A stretch of 33,568 nucleotides of DNA from IMG/VR virus record IMGVR_UViG_3300045988_145346; one strand, given 5' to 3'. The notes under the pieces were generated by a model. That model had not been told where the DNA came from, searched no databases, and saw only the letters and a list, made by a program, of their open reading frames with translations. Positions 8,272 through 18,250 of this stretch are shown here, piece by piece. A program made the translations under genes and the position numbers. Every line of letters begins with the position of its first letter. Position 1 is the first letter of the stretch. The stretch comes from a virus.

Positions 8272-9618
8272 CTATAGCCACCCTCTCTTTTTTTGTTGTT
8301 GGAAAACCCAACCGTTTTTATATCCGTGTTGATTTTTAAATTCAACGAGTTCATCAACACTGTCACACATATCAGCACTGATATATGTAGAAACTCGTTT
8401 TTTTAGTTTTTGAACTTTTGCTTCTGTTATTTCTTGAAGCTCAATTTCTTTGATATTTTCAAGCTCTCGCTCAGTTAATTCAGGCTCATGACCACAATAT
8501 GGACAAGCCCTTGTATTTGAACTATCAAAACATCCGAAACACATTTCACATTGCTTGATTGTCAGTTCGCCTTTTGTGTTATACTCAGAACGTTTTTTGG
8601 AGATACCGCTGAGTGTCCACTCTCTATCCTCATTGGGCAGCCCGTGTCTTGTATAATTTCCAACATGGTCAATCAGAATCGCTGTTTTACCAGGTTTAGG
8701 ATTTAATGGCCTCATTGCAAATTGTAAGAATAGGCTGAGTGATTGAGTTGGTCTTAGCATAATGCAAGTCGTCACATCTGGTAAGTCAACTCCTTCAGTG
8801 AATAACTCAACATTAATCAGAACTAATATTTCACCAGCTCTAAATTTATTCATGATAGCTTCACGTTCAGTTTTATGAGTTTTGCCATGAACTACTTCTG
8901 CAGTTATTCCAGCTTGATTGAATTCTTCTGAAATATGTTGTGCTGTTGCTACATTGTGAGCGTAACAGATGGCCTGTTTACCCTTGGATAGTTTATTGTA
9001 GTGAGCAATAACATCACCATAAATTGCTCTTTTAAATGCTTCATCTATTGACTTTTGTGTAAAATCGCCGCTTGTTTTTTTTAGTTGTGAAGTATCAATG
9101 ATATTTGGGGCATAGTATTTAAAGGGAGCAATATTTCCGTGCTCTTGCAGCCACTTGATGGACTTTCCTGTTATTAAGTCATCGGCCATATCTTCAAACC
9201 CTTGACCGTTCAAACGAATAGGCGTTCCAGTAAAGAATAGTTTTAAGGCATTAGGGAAAGCTTCCAGTATTTTTTTATAACTATTCGCTTTGATATGATG
9301 CGCTTCATCCACCAGAATGATTTCAGGCGGTGGAAGTTCATCAATTTTCCTAACTAATGACTGAACACTTCCAATCGTGACATATTCCATATTGACTTGA
9401 TTTAATTCAAAAGTTTTAACAACTTGGTCATTAATTTCTTTTCGGTGACTAAAGAATAGGACATGATTCTTCTTGTCAGTAGCACCTTTGGAAATATCAG
9501 CCATCACAACTGTTTTTCCAGATCGTGGTGGACTTTGCACAATGATTGAGCGATTACCTTTTAAGAATGAGCTTTTAATTGATTCAACTAATTCTTCTTG
9601 ATAATCACGTAGTTTCAT
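8272..9618 (-). CDS. DEAD/DEAH-box (SF2) helicase.
   Basis: Walker A SPPRSGKT and motif II DEAHH. Confidence 0.8.
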   Translation of the reverse strand: MKLRDYQEELVESIKSSFLKGNRSIIVQSPPRSGKTVVMADISKGATDKKNHVLFFSHRKEINDQVVKTFELNQVNMEYVTIGSVQSLVRKIDELPPPEIILVDEAHHIKANSYKKILEAFPNALKLFFTGTPIRLNGQGFEDMADDLITGKSIKWLQEHGNIAPFKYYAPNIIDTSQLKKTSGDFTQKSIDEAFKRAIYGDVIAHYNKLSKGKQAICYAHNVATAQHISEEFNQAGITAEVVHGKTHKTEREAIMNKFRAGEILVLINVELFTEGVDLPDVTTCIMLRPTQSLSLFLQFAMRPLNPKPGKTAILIDHVGNYTRHGLPNEDREWTLSGISKKRSEYNTKGELTIKQCEMCFGCFDSSNTRACPYCGHEPELTERELENIKEIELQEITEAKVQKLKKRVSTYISADMCDSVDELVEFKNQHGYKNGWVFQQQKKRGWL

Positions 9619-10330
9619 CTGGTGTATCCTTTACTTCTGACTTAAACTGCCAAATTTCTTCTTGCTTGGCAAACTTTGCATCCGAAAGCTGATTTTTAGC
9701 AAATGTAGCATTAGATGGTGTAAGAATAAAACCTCGATTGCCCGTTTCTTCATTGATTACTAATCTACCAACCATATTTACTAACCCCATAACATTGGTA
9801 ATTATCTTTTCTCGTATTTGAGGAATAGCCTGATCATAAAGTTGCCCCGTAGGAAGTTTAATTTCACGAGTAGTTTCCCAAGCCGTATAAACTTTATTCA
9901 CATTCGGCCAAGAATTGACATATCGGATAAGATTTGGAAGGTAGAAAGAAAATTTATTATAATCTCCCATTTCAGGTATTCCCATCATTCTTCCATCTTT
10001 AGTTTTGCTCTTTTTAGCTTTCTCCCCAAGCCACGCTTGTTCTAGCTCCGATAGATTATCAATGACAATGTTGTCATAATTTTGAATGTGTTCATCATGA
10101 ATTTCCTCAAGCATTTTTGCAAAACCAACTTCAACATTATTAATATCTGCGTAAACAATATCGATGTTTTCTTCTCCTGATAAAACATTTGTTGTGCGGT
10201 CCACATCAATTACTAACGTTCTGCCAGGTAAATATTTAATGGTTGATGTCTTACCAGTTCCAGGAGGTGCATAGATAAGGGCCGAAAAATTGCTTCCTTT
10301 TTCTAATTCTGACGCTTTAGTTATTTTCAT
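9605..10330 (-). CDS. Sak4-like RecA-fold ATPase (AAA).
   Basis: APPGTGKTS Walker A, 241 aa, and it overlaps the helicase gene. Confidence 0.7.
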   Translation of the reverse strand: MKITKASELEKGSNFSALIYAPPGTGKTSTIKYLPGRTLVIDVDRTTNVLSGEENIDIVYADINNVEVGFAKMLEEIHDEHIQNYDNIVIDNLSELEQAWLGEKAKKSKTKDGRMMGIPEMGDYNKFSFYLPNLIRYVNSWPNVNKVYTAWETTREIKLPTGQLYDQAIPQIREKIITNVMGLVNMVGRLVINEETGNRGFILTPSNATFAKNQLSDAKFAKQEEIWQFKSEVKDTPDETT

Positions 10331-10340
10331 TATCTAAACC

Positions 10341-10859
10341 TCAAACTTTCACTGTAAATTCTTCTGTTTTTTCAAATTTGAAACCATCTACGATTTCGCC
10401 ATCTTCTGAAACAAGCTGACCGCCATCTTTTACAAATGCTTTTAGCGCCTTTTTATCAACACTCTCGGTCGTTTTAGTCTTAACAGAAATGAATTTGCCG
10501 AACCCTTTTTCTTTAAGCTCTGAAAGCAAATTATCGTCATAAGAAGCATTTTCTTTTTTTGAAAATCGAACACTACCATTGATTGTTTTCTTGGGGATCT
10601 TCGTCTCAAGAGTTAAATAATATTGTTCAGCCAGTCCTTTGAAATAATCCATATTTTTCTGTTCTTCAGCTTGAAGTTTTAAACGGCGCTGTTCAATTTC
10701 ATACAATTCGGCATTATATTTTTCTTCGATAGCTTTTCTTGATTCTTCAGCTTGAATTTCATACTCGTCACATTGGATTTGATGTTCTTTATATTTACCA
10801 AGTACCCAGTTCAGTTCACTATCATTTTTAACTTTATACGGTTCTTTTTCTTCTGCCAT
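10341..10859 (-). CDS. Siphovirus Gp157-like protein.
   Basis: 172-aa acidic coiled-coil protein placed before Sak4, as in Sfi21/P335 phages. Confidence 0.5.
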   Translation of the reverse strand: MAEEKEPYKVKNDSELNWVLGKYKEHQIQCDEYEIQAEESRKAIEEKYNAELYEIEQRRLKLQAEEQKNMDYFKGLAEQYYLTLETKIPKKTINGSVRFSKKENASYDDNLLSELKEKGFGKFISVKTKTTESVDKKALKAFVKDGGQLVSEDGEIVDGFKFEKTEEFTVKV

Positions 10860-10894
10860 TATTTCCTCCGATTTGTTATAATGAAGGTATACAC

Positions 10895-10935
10895 ATATAC
10901 CTAGCCTACGTTGCCGCGTGGGCTTTTTTATTTTG
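10895..10935 (+). terminator. Plus-strand-oriented hairpin followed by a T-run.
   Basis: AGCCTACGTTGCCGCGTGGGCT then TTTTTTATTTT. Confidence 0.4.
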
Positions 10936-11098
10936 TCAGTTCAACCGCTGCTTTATAAGCATTTGACCATTCATAAAGCTGAGGCAATAAAGAGTCTTTG
11001 ATAAATTGAATAGAAAAATCTTTTAACAGTTGTTTTTTGTACCACTCAACACTGTGCTGCTGAATAGTTTCTCCGTAATGCGTGACTACTTTTTCCAT
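10928..11098 (-). CDS. Small hypothetical protein (56 aa).
   Basis: A TGATG stop/start overlap with the upstream ORF suggests translational coupling. Confidence 0.35.
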   Translation of the reverse strand: MEKVVTHYGETIQQHSVEWYKKQLLKDFSIQFIKDSLLPQLYEWSNAYKAAVELTK

Positions 11099-11298
11099 CA
11101 GTAAACCTCCAGCAACACTCCACCGCTTCTAAGTGGTGTAAAGTTCATTGTCTTACCTTGATAAAGCACTGTATCAGTTGTTCGTGTGATGATCCATTTA
11201 GCACCATCGATTAGAGCGGTTTGAAGCGCAGCATCTGCTTCTCTCGATGTTAAAATTGTGTTTTTCATCTCTTTCTCCTTTTTTCCAATAATTGCCAA
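11098..11298 (-). CDS. Hypothetical early protein (66 aa).
   Basis: ORF in the early operon. Confidence 0.4.
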   Translation of the reverse strand: MAIIGKKEKEMKNTILTSREADAALQTALIDGAKWIITRTTDTVLYQGKTMNFTPLRSGGVLLEVY

Positions 11299-11495
11299 TT
11301 ATCCGCAATCCATTTAATGATTGGGTCCCGTGGAAAAGCTTCTTCAACATCTCCATTTTTCACAACTGGGAAATTATGTGCATAGCGATAATGCTTATCA
11401 AATGTAGGACCACTTACTCCGATAAATTCAGCTGCTAGTTCCCGAGTCATAATCAACGGATAATCAGAATCATTTTTTAGATTTTTTCTTAACAT
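11265..11495 (-). CDS. Small DNA-binding (HTH, excisionase/regulator-like) protein.
   Basis: MTRELAAEFIGVSGPTFDKHY helix-turn-helix. Confidence 0.5.
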   Translation of the reverse strand: MLRKNLKNDSDYPLIMTRELAAEFIGVSGPTFDKHYRYAHNFPVVKNGDVEEAFPRDPIIKWIADNWQLLEKRRKR

Positions 11496-11507
11496 GATTT
11501 TTCCTTT

Positions 11508-11726
11508 CTAAACTAGTTTTAAACGGTAATAAAAGGCAATATCTGACAATACTTCAAAAGCGGTTCCCCCACTTTCTTTTCCGCTAAGGATATTCGACAT
11601 TCGACTGTCTGGGATCTTATTGCCTTTTTTAGAGGCAATCTCTGATAACCAAGAGTTCGTGTAGCCTTTCCTATTTTTAAGCTCATTAACAGCATTTCTC
11701 AGCTGTTCCAATTTTTCTTGTGCCAT
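11508..11726 (-). CDS. Cro-like HTH regulator; first gene of the leftward early operon.
   Basis: 72 aa, divergent from the XRE repressor. Confidence 0.55.
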   Translation of the reverse strand: MAQEKLEQLRNAVNELKNRKGYTNSWLSEIASKKGNKIPDSRMSNILSGKESGGTAFEVLSDIAFYYRLKLV

Positions 11727-11790
11727 GGCGCTCCTTTCTTGACTTTTATAAAAAAATTAAAGAAAGTTTATAAAATATATATGTTTCCGA

Positions 11791-11808
11791 TTGACATTCG
11801 AGTATCAA
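11791..11808. promoter_or_regulatory. Operator O1: palindrome TTGACATTCGAGTATCAA.
   Basis: 18-bp inverted repeat in the divergent promoter region. Confidence 0.55.
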
Positions 11809-11945
11809 TAAACTACAATAAAAGCATAGTTAAAGAGCCTATAAAACACTTTATAAAACTTGCTTGGCGGCGTTGTTCATTAGTATTTATTTAGGTTTTC
11901 TTTAAACTTTTTATAAACATTCTTTACAAAAACTATTATAGACTA

Positions 11946-11963
11946 TTGATACGCTATTGTCAA
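11946..11963. promoter_or_regulatory. Operator O2: palindrome TTGATACGCTATTGTCAA.
   Basis: Same half-site consensus (TTGAYA N6 TRTCAA), 155 bp from O1. Confidence 0.55.
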
Positions 11964-12022
11964 TACAAAAGTATCTTTTTTCTACAAATATTTTTTGTAT
12001 CATCTGTGAAAGGCTGATATAA

Positions 12023-12367
12023 ATGGATTTATATGAAAAAATAAAAGAACTTGCTTCTCAAAAAAATGTATCAATTAGGCAAGTTGAAGAAAAATTAGGA
12101 TTTGCTAATGGAACAATTAGACAATGGGGAAAGAAAAACCCTGGTATAAATAAAGTTAAAGACGTTGCGAAATATTTCAACGTTTCAGTTGATTTTCTAC
12201 TTGGTTTGGATGATAATCAAAGAAAGAAAGAACCTGTTGACTTGGCGGATTTTGTTGATGATAATAAAGTAAACTGGGCCGAATGGGTTTCGTTTGATGG
12301 AAAACCATTGTCTGATGAAGTAAAAAATGCAATGAAGTTAATTCTCGGAAAACGTTTAGAAGACTAG
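12023..12367 (+). CDS. XRE-family HTH repressor (CI-like).
   Basis: NVSIRQVEEKLGFANGTIRQWGKKNP helix-turn-helix. Confidence 0.8.
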   Translation: MDLYEKIKELASQKNVSIRQVEEKLGFANGTIRQWGKKNPGINKVKDVAKYFNVSVDFLLGLDDNQRKKEPVDLADFVDDNKVNWAEWVSFDGKPLSDEVKNAMKLILGKRLED

Positions 12368-12379
12368 TAAGGAGGCTCT

Positions 12380-12943
12380 ATGCTTAAACAGGAAATTATA
12401 GAGCAGACTATTATAGAAATAGAAAATCATGGAATTGATGTTATAGGGGACAATTCTTTCCCAATTGATGCTATTACCAATAATAGAAAAAAGATAACAA
12501 TTTACAATCCGCAAATCGCAACACCTTTTAAACTCACACATGAACTTATTCATATTATAAATTGTGATATACATCGTTTCAATGACTATGATTCTACATC
12601 TCCGCAAGAAAAACGAGCAAATACCGAAGCAATTTTAAAACTTTGGAATTTCTTTGAACAGCAAGGAGGAACTACTGAGGAATTATACCAATTCATTGAA
12701 GTTACTGGTTGCCCAGAAAAGCTAACTAAAATTATAGTTTTAAAATCAAAAATTAAATCATGGGATAAAGAAGAGGTTCAACATCAAGTAACTCATTATT
12801 TAGATAGCACTGATGATGAACCAGAAAGTTGGAACGTTTATAGTATAATGGATGCGTGCCATATTGATCACAAATGGGAATCATTAGTTATGAGTACACT
12901 TTTGGATTTAAACTCAAAATTTAATTCCCAAAGGGTAATTTAA
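12380..12943 (+). CDS. ImmA/IrrE-family metalloprotease (anti-repressor protease).
   Basis: HELIH zinc motif. It follows the repressor directly, and AGGAGG lies upstream. Confidence 0.7.
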   Translation: MLKQEIIEQTIIEIENHGIDVIGDNSFPIDAITNNRKKITIYNPQIATPFKLTHELIHIINCDIHRFNDYDSTSPQEKRANTEAILKLWNFFEQQGGTTEELYQFIEVTGCPEKLTKIIVLKSKIKSWDKEEVQHQVTHYLDSTDDEPESWNVYSIMDACHIDHKWESLVMSTLLDLNSKFNSQRVI

Positions 12944-12985
12944 AGAGGTGTTTTATGAAATTTAAGTATATTTATTTTGATTAAA

Positions 12986-13030
12986 TTATAAAAAATAGAA
13001 CCGCACTGTTGAGCGATTCTATTTTAATAT
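12986..13030 (+). terminator. Terminator after the ImmA gene.
   Basis: AGAACCGCACTGTTGAGCGATTCT then TATTTTA. A second palindrome GGCGACGGTCGCC lies at about 13057-13069. Confidence 0.45.
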
Positions 13031-13339
13031 ACTTAAATGTAATTAAATATTTAAGGCGACGGTCGCCCTTTTCACCCTACAACCCGCAAGGGGTAGGGCT
13101 ATTTTGTCCCTATTTTGTCCCTACAAAAAATGCCAGCTATTTGCTGACACCCATGTTTAAGAGTTTCATTATACCATATTTGTTGAGGTCAGCAATAATG
13201 TAAACCCGTGAAATTCGACGGGTTTGGATTTAATTCGGAAAATAAAGATGTGCTAATCTACGGACGATTAAATCGCTATATATCAACGTTTATCGTGAGT
13301 TAACGGATGCTTAACGGACGATTAGGTTTAATTTGGAAA

Positions 13340-13372
13340 ATAAAAAAGCCTGACCGAAGCCAGGCATGATTA
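13340..13372 (-). terminator. Rho-independent terminator after the lysin gene.
   Basis: Minus strand GCCTGGCTTCGGTCAGGC then TTTTTTATTTT. Confidence 0.7.
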
Positions 13373-14662
13373 TTAATAATTTAAAGTTTGACCAGCATAA
13401 ATCAAACTAGGGTTTGAAATACCATTCATTGATACTAGACTTTGAACTGTTGTTCCAAGACGACTGGCAATTGATGAAAGGTTATCTCCAGAGCGTACGG
13501 TGTAAGTCCGTGCTGTAGCCCCATATTGACCGCCTGTGAAGCGGATAACCTGACCAGAGTAAATCATGTTCGGATTAGATAAACTGTTCTGACGTGCTAA
13601 TTCTTGCCAGTTTGTCCCCAAGTTTGAAGCAATGCCACTAAGTGTATCACCTTGTTTTACAATATAACTTTTTGCGGGTGTCGTTGGCTGGCTTGTAGAA
13701 GCATCAATAGTTTCCACATCATGAACGGATAACCAGCTCATAATACCATCAAGCAAGACAGTATCTCCATTCTTCTGGATGATTTTATGTGGTTGACCTT
13801 TTACCCATTGAGGAATTGTTTCTCCTGTGGCATAATTCTTAGCGCCAAAGTTTACTTTAACCGTCATTTCAACTTCTACATCGTTTCCTTTAACTTCATT
13901 GGCTTCTTTACCATTTTCAATGGCCGGTGTAGCAGTATCGGGTTTAACTTCTTGGCCTTGCTGTTTTCCGTATCCATTATCTGTGATTCCTGTTAAATCA
14001 ACATTTCCATCAAGTCCGCCAGCAACATAAGTTGATGTGAACTGGAATACTGAAATTCCGTCCATACTTGGGAAGAAGCTATAGTTTGGAACTGGTGTTA
14101 CTTCATAATTTGGATATGCCGCAATCCATAATGAGTTAGGAAATTCTTTGATGATTTGCTTATAGTTGACATTTTCCAAAGTATAAGGCTTATATGAATA
14201 ATACATTGGAGTATATCCAGCCGCTTTTACTCGACGCATTCCGTAAAGAATCGCATCAGTATTGGCCTGTTTATTTCCACTTGCTCCACCTTCATAGTCC
14301 AAAGCTACAATAGAATTCTTTGGCGTTTGAATTTTTGGTAAATAGCGGTCAAGTGCTGCTTTTGCTACTTCTTGTGAACCTCCGACTTGATACCAAATAT
14401 AAGTGTGCGCTCGTTTACCTTGAGCAATTGCTGAAGCTACTTGCGTTTCATAGGTGGCTTGGTCCACGAATGAACCGCCATAAGTTCCTCCGATTTGACT
14501 AAAAGCAAATTTATCATGAGCATAACCAAAATTACCGTAAGTTCCGTTATATTTTGACCAGTCAACCCCTTGGTCACCGACTGCCGCAAATACAGGTCCA
14601 CTTGCTGCAACAACAAAGAAAGCTACCATTCCAATGGCAGCTTTTTTAATTAACTTTTTCAT
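13373..14662 (-). CDS. Endolysin: N-terminal signal peptide, GH25 muramidase domain and two C-terminal LysM repeats.
   Basis: [26 protein letters not shown] is a signal peptide. GVDWSKYNG is GH25. Two ...GDTLSGIAS... repeats are LysM. Confidence 0.85.
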   Translation of the reverse strand: MKKLIKKAAIGMVAFFVVAASGPVFAAVGDQGVDWSKYNGTYGNFGYAHDKFAFSQIGGTYGGSFVDQATYETQVASAIAQGKRAHTYIWYQVGGSQEVAKAALDRYLPKIQTPKNSIVALDYEGGASGNKQANTDAILYGMRRVKAAGYTPMYYSYKPYTLENVNYKQIIKEFPNSLWIAAYPNYEVTPVPNYSFFPSMDGISVFQFTSTYVAGGLDGNVDLTGITDNGYGKQQGQEVKPDTATPAIENGKEANEVKGNDVEVEMTVKVNFGAKNYATGETIPQWVKGQPHKIIQKNGDTVLLDGIMSWLSVHDVETIDASTSQPTTPAKSYIVKQGDTLSGIASNLGTNWQELARQNSLSNPNMIYSGQVIRFTGGQYGATARTYTVRSGDNLSSIASRLGTTVQSLVSMNGISNPSLIYAGQTLNY

Positions 14663-14925
14663 TTATTTTCCTCTGATTTATCTTTATTTAAGACTCTATC
14701 ACTATCTCCTAGACCACTGGTCGTTGGGTCAGCAACAACTCCAACAATTGCTAATAGCGCAAAAGCAGCATTAACCACTGCAGCAAGTTGTTGATTTAAA
14801 ATAACAAAGTCCCACTTATAGCCAAATGGCGCTCCTATAGCTTGTATTAGCAAGAATAGAGCAGGTAGTAAAGCTAACCAAAAAGCTTTGCTTTTTAAAC
14901 GTAATTTCCAATTGATTTGATTCAT
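14659..14925 (-). CDS. Holin (two TM helices), lactococcal P335-type.
   Basis: [26 protein letters not shown].... It overlaps the lysin start. Confidence 0.8.
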   Translation of the reverse strand: MNQINWKLRLKSKAFWLALLPALFLLIQAIGAPFGYKWDFVILNQQLAAVVNAAFALLAIVGVVADPTTSGLGDSDRVLNKDKSEENK

Positions 14926-14949
14926 TTTACTCTCCTATTTTTTATGTTT

Positions 14950-16968
14950 TTATGCAGTCCGTTGCCAATAATATATTGTTGTTGAACCAATCACTGCTGA
15001 ACCAATGTTTTCCCATTTGCCTGTAGAATACCCTGACGATAAACTTGAGTTATTTGAGACTACTGAACCAACTGGGTGTGCTTGAGCATAATCTATGCCT
15101 ATTACCGCAGGTTTAAGTAAGCCAGTAGCGTTATCAATTGATACTAACCCCATTGGTAACCATTTATAATCAGAGCTTGTCTTATTAGGTTTAATGATAT
15201 TGCTAAAACCTACATACTTTGGATAATCATTTACTGTAGCTTCGCTAGATGATGGCATGTATGGAGTTGCAATTGAGCCTGGTTCAACTTTCATTCCCTC
15301 TACTTCAAAAATGTGCTTTTCATTAACAACAGTCGCTACATCAAACCAACGTGGTCTAGCTGTAGTGGCGCCACTTGGAACAATCGTCGTGAAACTAAAG
15401 AAGTGTTTTTTACCGTCATGTGTAATTTCAAGTTTACCTTTAGCAGGATATGAATTAGATGTTCCATAAAATGCCATTGATAGTGCGAAGTCTTTAATAT
15501 CTACCGTTCCAATATTTCTTATACAACAACTAACTGTGATTTGGTCACCAGCTTTTACATTTATTGTAGGTCCGTAAGAAAATCCGCCTTGACTACCAAT
15601 AGCTCCGCCATTATTAACTACTTTAATTCCATTATTAGAACCAACTGATAATGAACTTCCGACTCCTGGAGTCCAATTTTTCGGTGTTAAATTTTCTTGA
15701 GTGATTATTGTATTATTTAACAAGTTCAAGTTAGGGTAAACTGTCGTGAAGCCGTCAGTTCCGTCTGCGCTGTTAGCATAGGCAATTGTATTTATAACTC
15801 CGTCACTTGTTGAAGTACCTCCATTTGCAATAGGAAGCACTCCTGAAACTCCGATATTAGTTACATCAGAAGAACCGTCAAAATTTTGCTGTGCTGAAGA
15901 TTGAAGATTTACTCCGAGTTTTCTAGCTGTTTCCAGTTTACTTGCACTAACAGCATTTCCATTAAGTGGTAAACTGTTCGCTTGTGCTTCGGTAGCCTTT
16001 GCCATTGCATTTTTGGCTTCACTTTCAGCTTGTTTTGCTGTTTCTTGAGCAGTTGTTACATTTTTATTTGTTGTTGATAACTCTGATTGTTCAGCTTTTG
16101 TTGAAATTGCAACACCTTGTTTATCAACAGTAGCTTGTAAGTTGTCTAAATCCGTTTGATTGGCTTTTGTTGAAATAGTTGCCGACTGGTTATTGACAGT
16201 ATGCTGTAAACTTTCTAAGTCAGTTTTATTGGCTTTAGGTGAATAATCTCCACCACTCATCAGAGAAATATTGCTCGTTAAAACATTTACTGAGTTTATT
16301 AGTTCGGCTACTTCAGAATCAGTGGCATTATTTGCGATTGCGTCAAGTAACGATTTAATAGTCACTAAATTTTCTGGAGTGATACCAAACGCTTCCACTT
16401 TGTTTTGCAAGCTATTCATCGCACTTTGCAAACTCGTCATATCAGATGAATTTGCTTTAAGCTCGATGTTGCTTGTATTTGATTCAGTTTGAGCGTGTAA
16501 GTCATTCAACTCACTACGCATAACTTGTGGCATATTTTCCAATAATAATTTTGTAAAATCATCAATCTTATTATTTACTTCTTGAGCTAAATCTGTAACT
16601 GTAGAATCATCTGATATAAATGTTAAATTCTTACTGACAATAACTTGTTCTTTATCTTCATTGAGGAGTATTAAATTTGATTTTATTAATCCTGATACTG
16701 TCATCTCAGTAGGAATTATAAGCGTGAATTCTCCCTTGGATATATCATTAGGAGTTAACATAATAAAACCTGATTGAGATTTATACATATATTGATAGGT
16801 TAATTTTACTGAATAACCTGTTAAGTCAAGTACAGAACCATTATCAGTTATCTTAAGAAGTATCGTTCTTGCATTGACATCTCCCTCCATAATTTGAATG
16901 GGCTGTTCAAATGCCTGGTTAATCATATCCCATGTAATAGTTTGCTTTTTGAAATTATCTAAACTCAT
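14950..16968 (-). CDS. Receptor-binding / tail fibre protein (672 aa) with a central coiled-coil repeat region.
   Basis: Last and largest tail gene before the lysis cassette. It contains internal repeats TDLxxLQxTVxxQxxxISTKAxQ and a Gly-rich C-terminal domain. Confidence 0.6.
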   Translation of the reverse strand: MSLDNFKKQTITWDMINQAFEQPIQIMEGDVNARTILLKITDNGSVLDLTGYSVKLTYQYMYKSQSGFIMLTPNDISKGEFTLIIPTEMTVSGLIKSNLILLNEDKEQVIVSKNLTFISDDSTVTDLAQEVNNKIDDFTKLLLENMPQVMRSELNDLHAQTESNTSNIELKANSSDMTSLQSAMNSLQNKVEAFGITPENLVTIKSLLDAIANNATDSEVAELINSVNVLTSNISLMSGGDYSPKANKTDLESLQHTVNNQSATISTKANQTDLDNLQATVDKQGVAISTKAEQSELSTTNKNVTTAQETAKQAESEAKNAMAKATEAQANSLPLNGNAVSASKLETARKLGVNLQSSAQQNFDGSSDVTNIGVSGVLPIANGGTSTSDGVINTIAYANSADGTDGFTTVYPNLNLLNNTIITQENLTPKNWTPGVGSSLSVGSNNGIKVVNNGGAIGSQGGFSYGPTINVKAGDQITVSCCIRNIGTVDIKDFALSMAFYGTSNSYPAKGKLEITHDGKKHFFSFTTIVPSGATTARPRWFDVATVVNEKHIFEVEGMKVEPGSIATPYMPSSSEATVNDYPKYVGFSNIIKPNKTSSDYKWLPMGLVSIDNATGLLKPAVIGIDYAQAHPVGSVVSNNSSLSSGYSTGKWENIGSAVIGSTTIYYWQRTA

Positions 16969-16980
16969 TGGGTATTCCTT

Positions 16981-17205
16981 TTAAAGTATTTTAGTAATTA
17001 GATATCCAATAATAGTTACGGCAAGAGTAAGCATAAAGCCCCAAGCCCACTTATTATTGGCTTCCATTTTTTCTATAAGTTTTGTGTTTGATTGGGCTAT
17101 TAAAAGTGCTCGTTCTGCTTTATCCCGGACTGTTTCATAGTTATCCAACTTTGTTTCAATTCGAGCTAATCGTTCGAGCACTTCTCGCCATGATTGTTCC
17201 TCCAT
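16981..17205 (-). CDS. Small coiled-coil protein with a C-terminal transmembrane helix.
   Basis: ...WAWGFMLTLAVTIIGYLITKIL. Confidence 0.4.
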   Translation of the reverse strand: MEEQSWREVLERLARIETKLDNYETVRDKAERALLIAQSNTKLIEKMEANNKWAWGFMLTLAVTIIGYLITKIL

Positions 17206-17218
17206 AACCCCTGCTTTC

Positions 17219-18250
17219 TTAATCTATTGGATATGTACCAGTCCCACGAGGAGTACCACTGCTCACAGTTGGACCAAACCACTGACATACTCCACTTGAT
17301 GAAATGTCAATATGAAATGAATCCCAACGACCAGCCATGTGACCTACAAGGGAACACCTATTTCTGGGACAAAATTCATTTGGAACACTGAGATTTACTA
17401 AATTGGAATTTGCAAGAATATTAGAGGATATTTCCCCACCAATTGAATATTCAACTGTAGTCCCTTTCTTCCGTAAGCTAAGAGTGATCCCACCTCCGAG
17501 TTGTCCAGACCATGATTTGGTTGGAAGTGTTAATCTTCCATTTACTTCAACGTTACCAGTAAACGTCTTTTTACCAGCAATTGATTCGTCACCAGTTTTA
17601 TGAACAACCTCATGATCATTAGCTTTCTCACTACCTAGATTATCAATTTGATTTTGCAAATTTGAGGCTTGATTATCATCCAGTTGTTTTTTTAAATTCT
17701 TAAACCATGCTTGAAATTCCAAGTCTTTTTGTTCAAATATCTCCTTGTATTGGTCTACAATTCCATCAACATTGATATTATCAAACGGAGTAGACCACCC
17801 ACATACCGTAAAATCACTACGCATATCTGTGATATCCGCATCAGTGATTTGGGTGGCATTAGTTTTTACGGAAATTTTTGCCAATTGTAATTCGTATGTT
17901 GTATCATTTCTAGCAACAGTCGTATCGCCTGGTTTATAGAACAATTGTGTAGTTCTTGCATTTTTATCCATTCGTAAAACAATAGAATCAACACGATCTT
18001 GTATTGATGAGGCAACATTTACTTGAATGCCAATATCCGCATCATTTAAATACGAACTTCCTTCAATTACGGCTGAACCGCTTCCTACTTGAATATTCAT
18101 TCCGTCCTGAGCAGAGCGTACACGCAATCCACCTTTATAAGACATTACAACGCCTGTTTTCAGGAACGCTGCAAAAAATCGCATAAAATCATCTGCGTCA
18201 TAAAGCCGATCTCCGTGTACGTCGTTCCACGGAAAACTATATTGTGTCAT
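17219..18250 (-). CDS. Baseplate protein (BppU/RBP-like, 343 aa).
   Basis: Position after Tal. The C-terminal domain is Gly/Ser-rich and beta-rich. Confidence 0.45.
   Translation of the reverse strand: MTQYSFPWNDVHGDRLYDADDFMRFFAAFLKTGVVMSYKGGLRVRSAQDGMNIQVGSGSAVIEGSSYLNDADIGIQVNVASSIQDRVDSIVLRMDKNARTTQLFYKPGDTTVARNDTTYELQLAKISVKTNATQITDADITDMRSDFTVCGWSTPFDNINVDGIVDQYKEIFEQKDLEFQAWFKNLKKQLDDNQASNLQNQIDNLGSEKANDHEVVHKTGDESIAGKKTFTGNVEVNGRLTLPTKSWSGQLGGGITLSLRKKGTTVEYSIGGEISSNILANSNLVNLSVPNEFCPRNRCSLVGHMAGRWDSFHIDISSSGVCQWFGPTVSSGTPRGTGTYPID

Noticed and set aside
12944-13372. Integrase / attP
   Set aside because: No ORF of integrase size or tyrosine/serine-recombinase character exists anywhere in the window. 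Only non-coding repeats remain where P335 phages carry int and attP.
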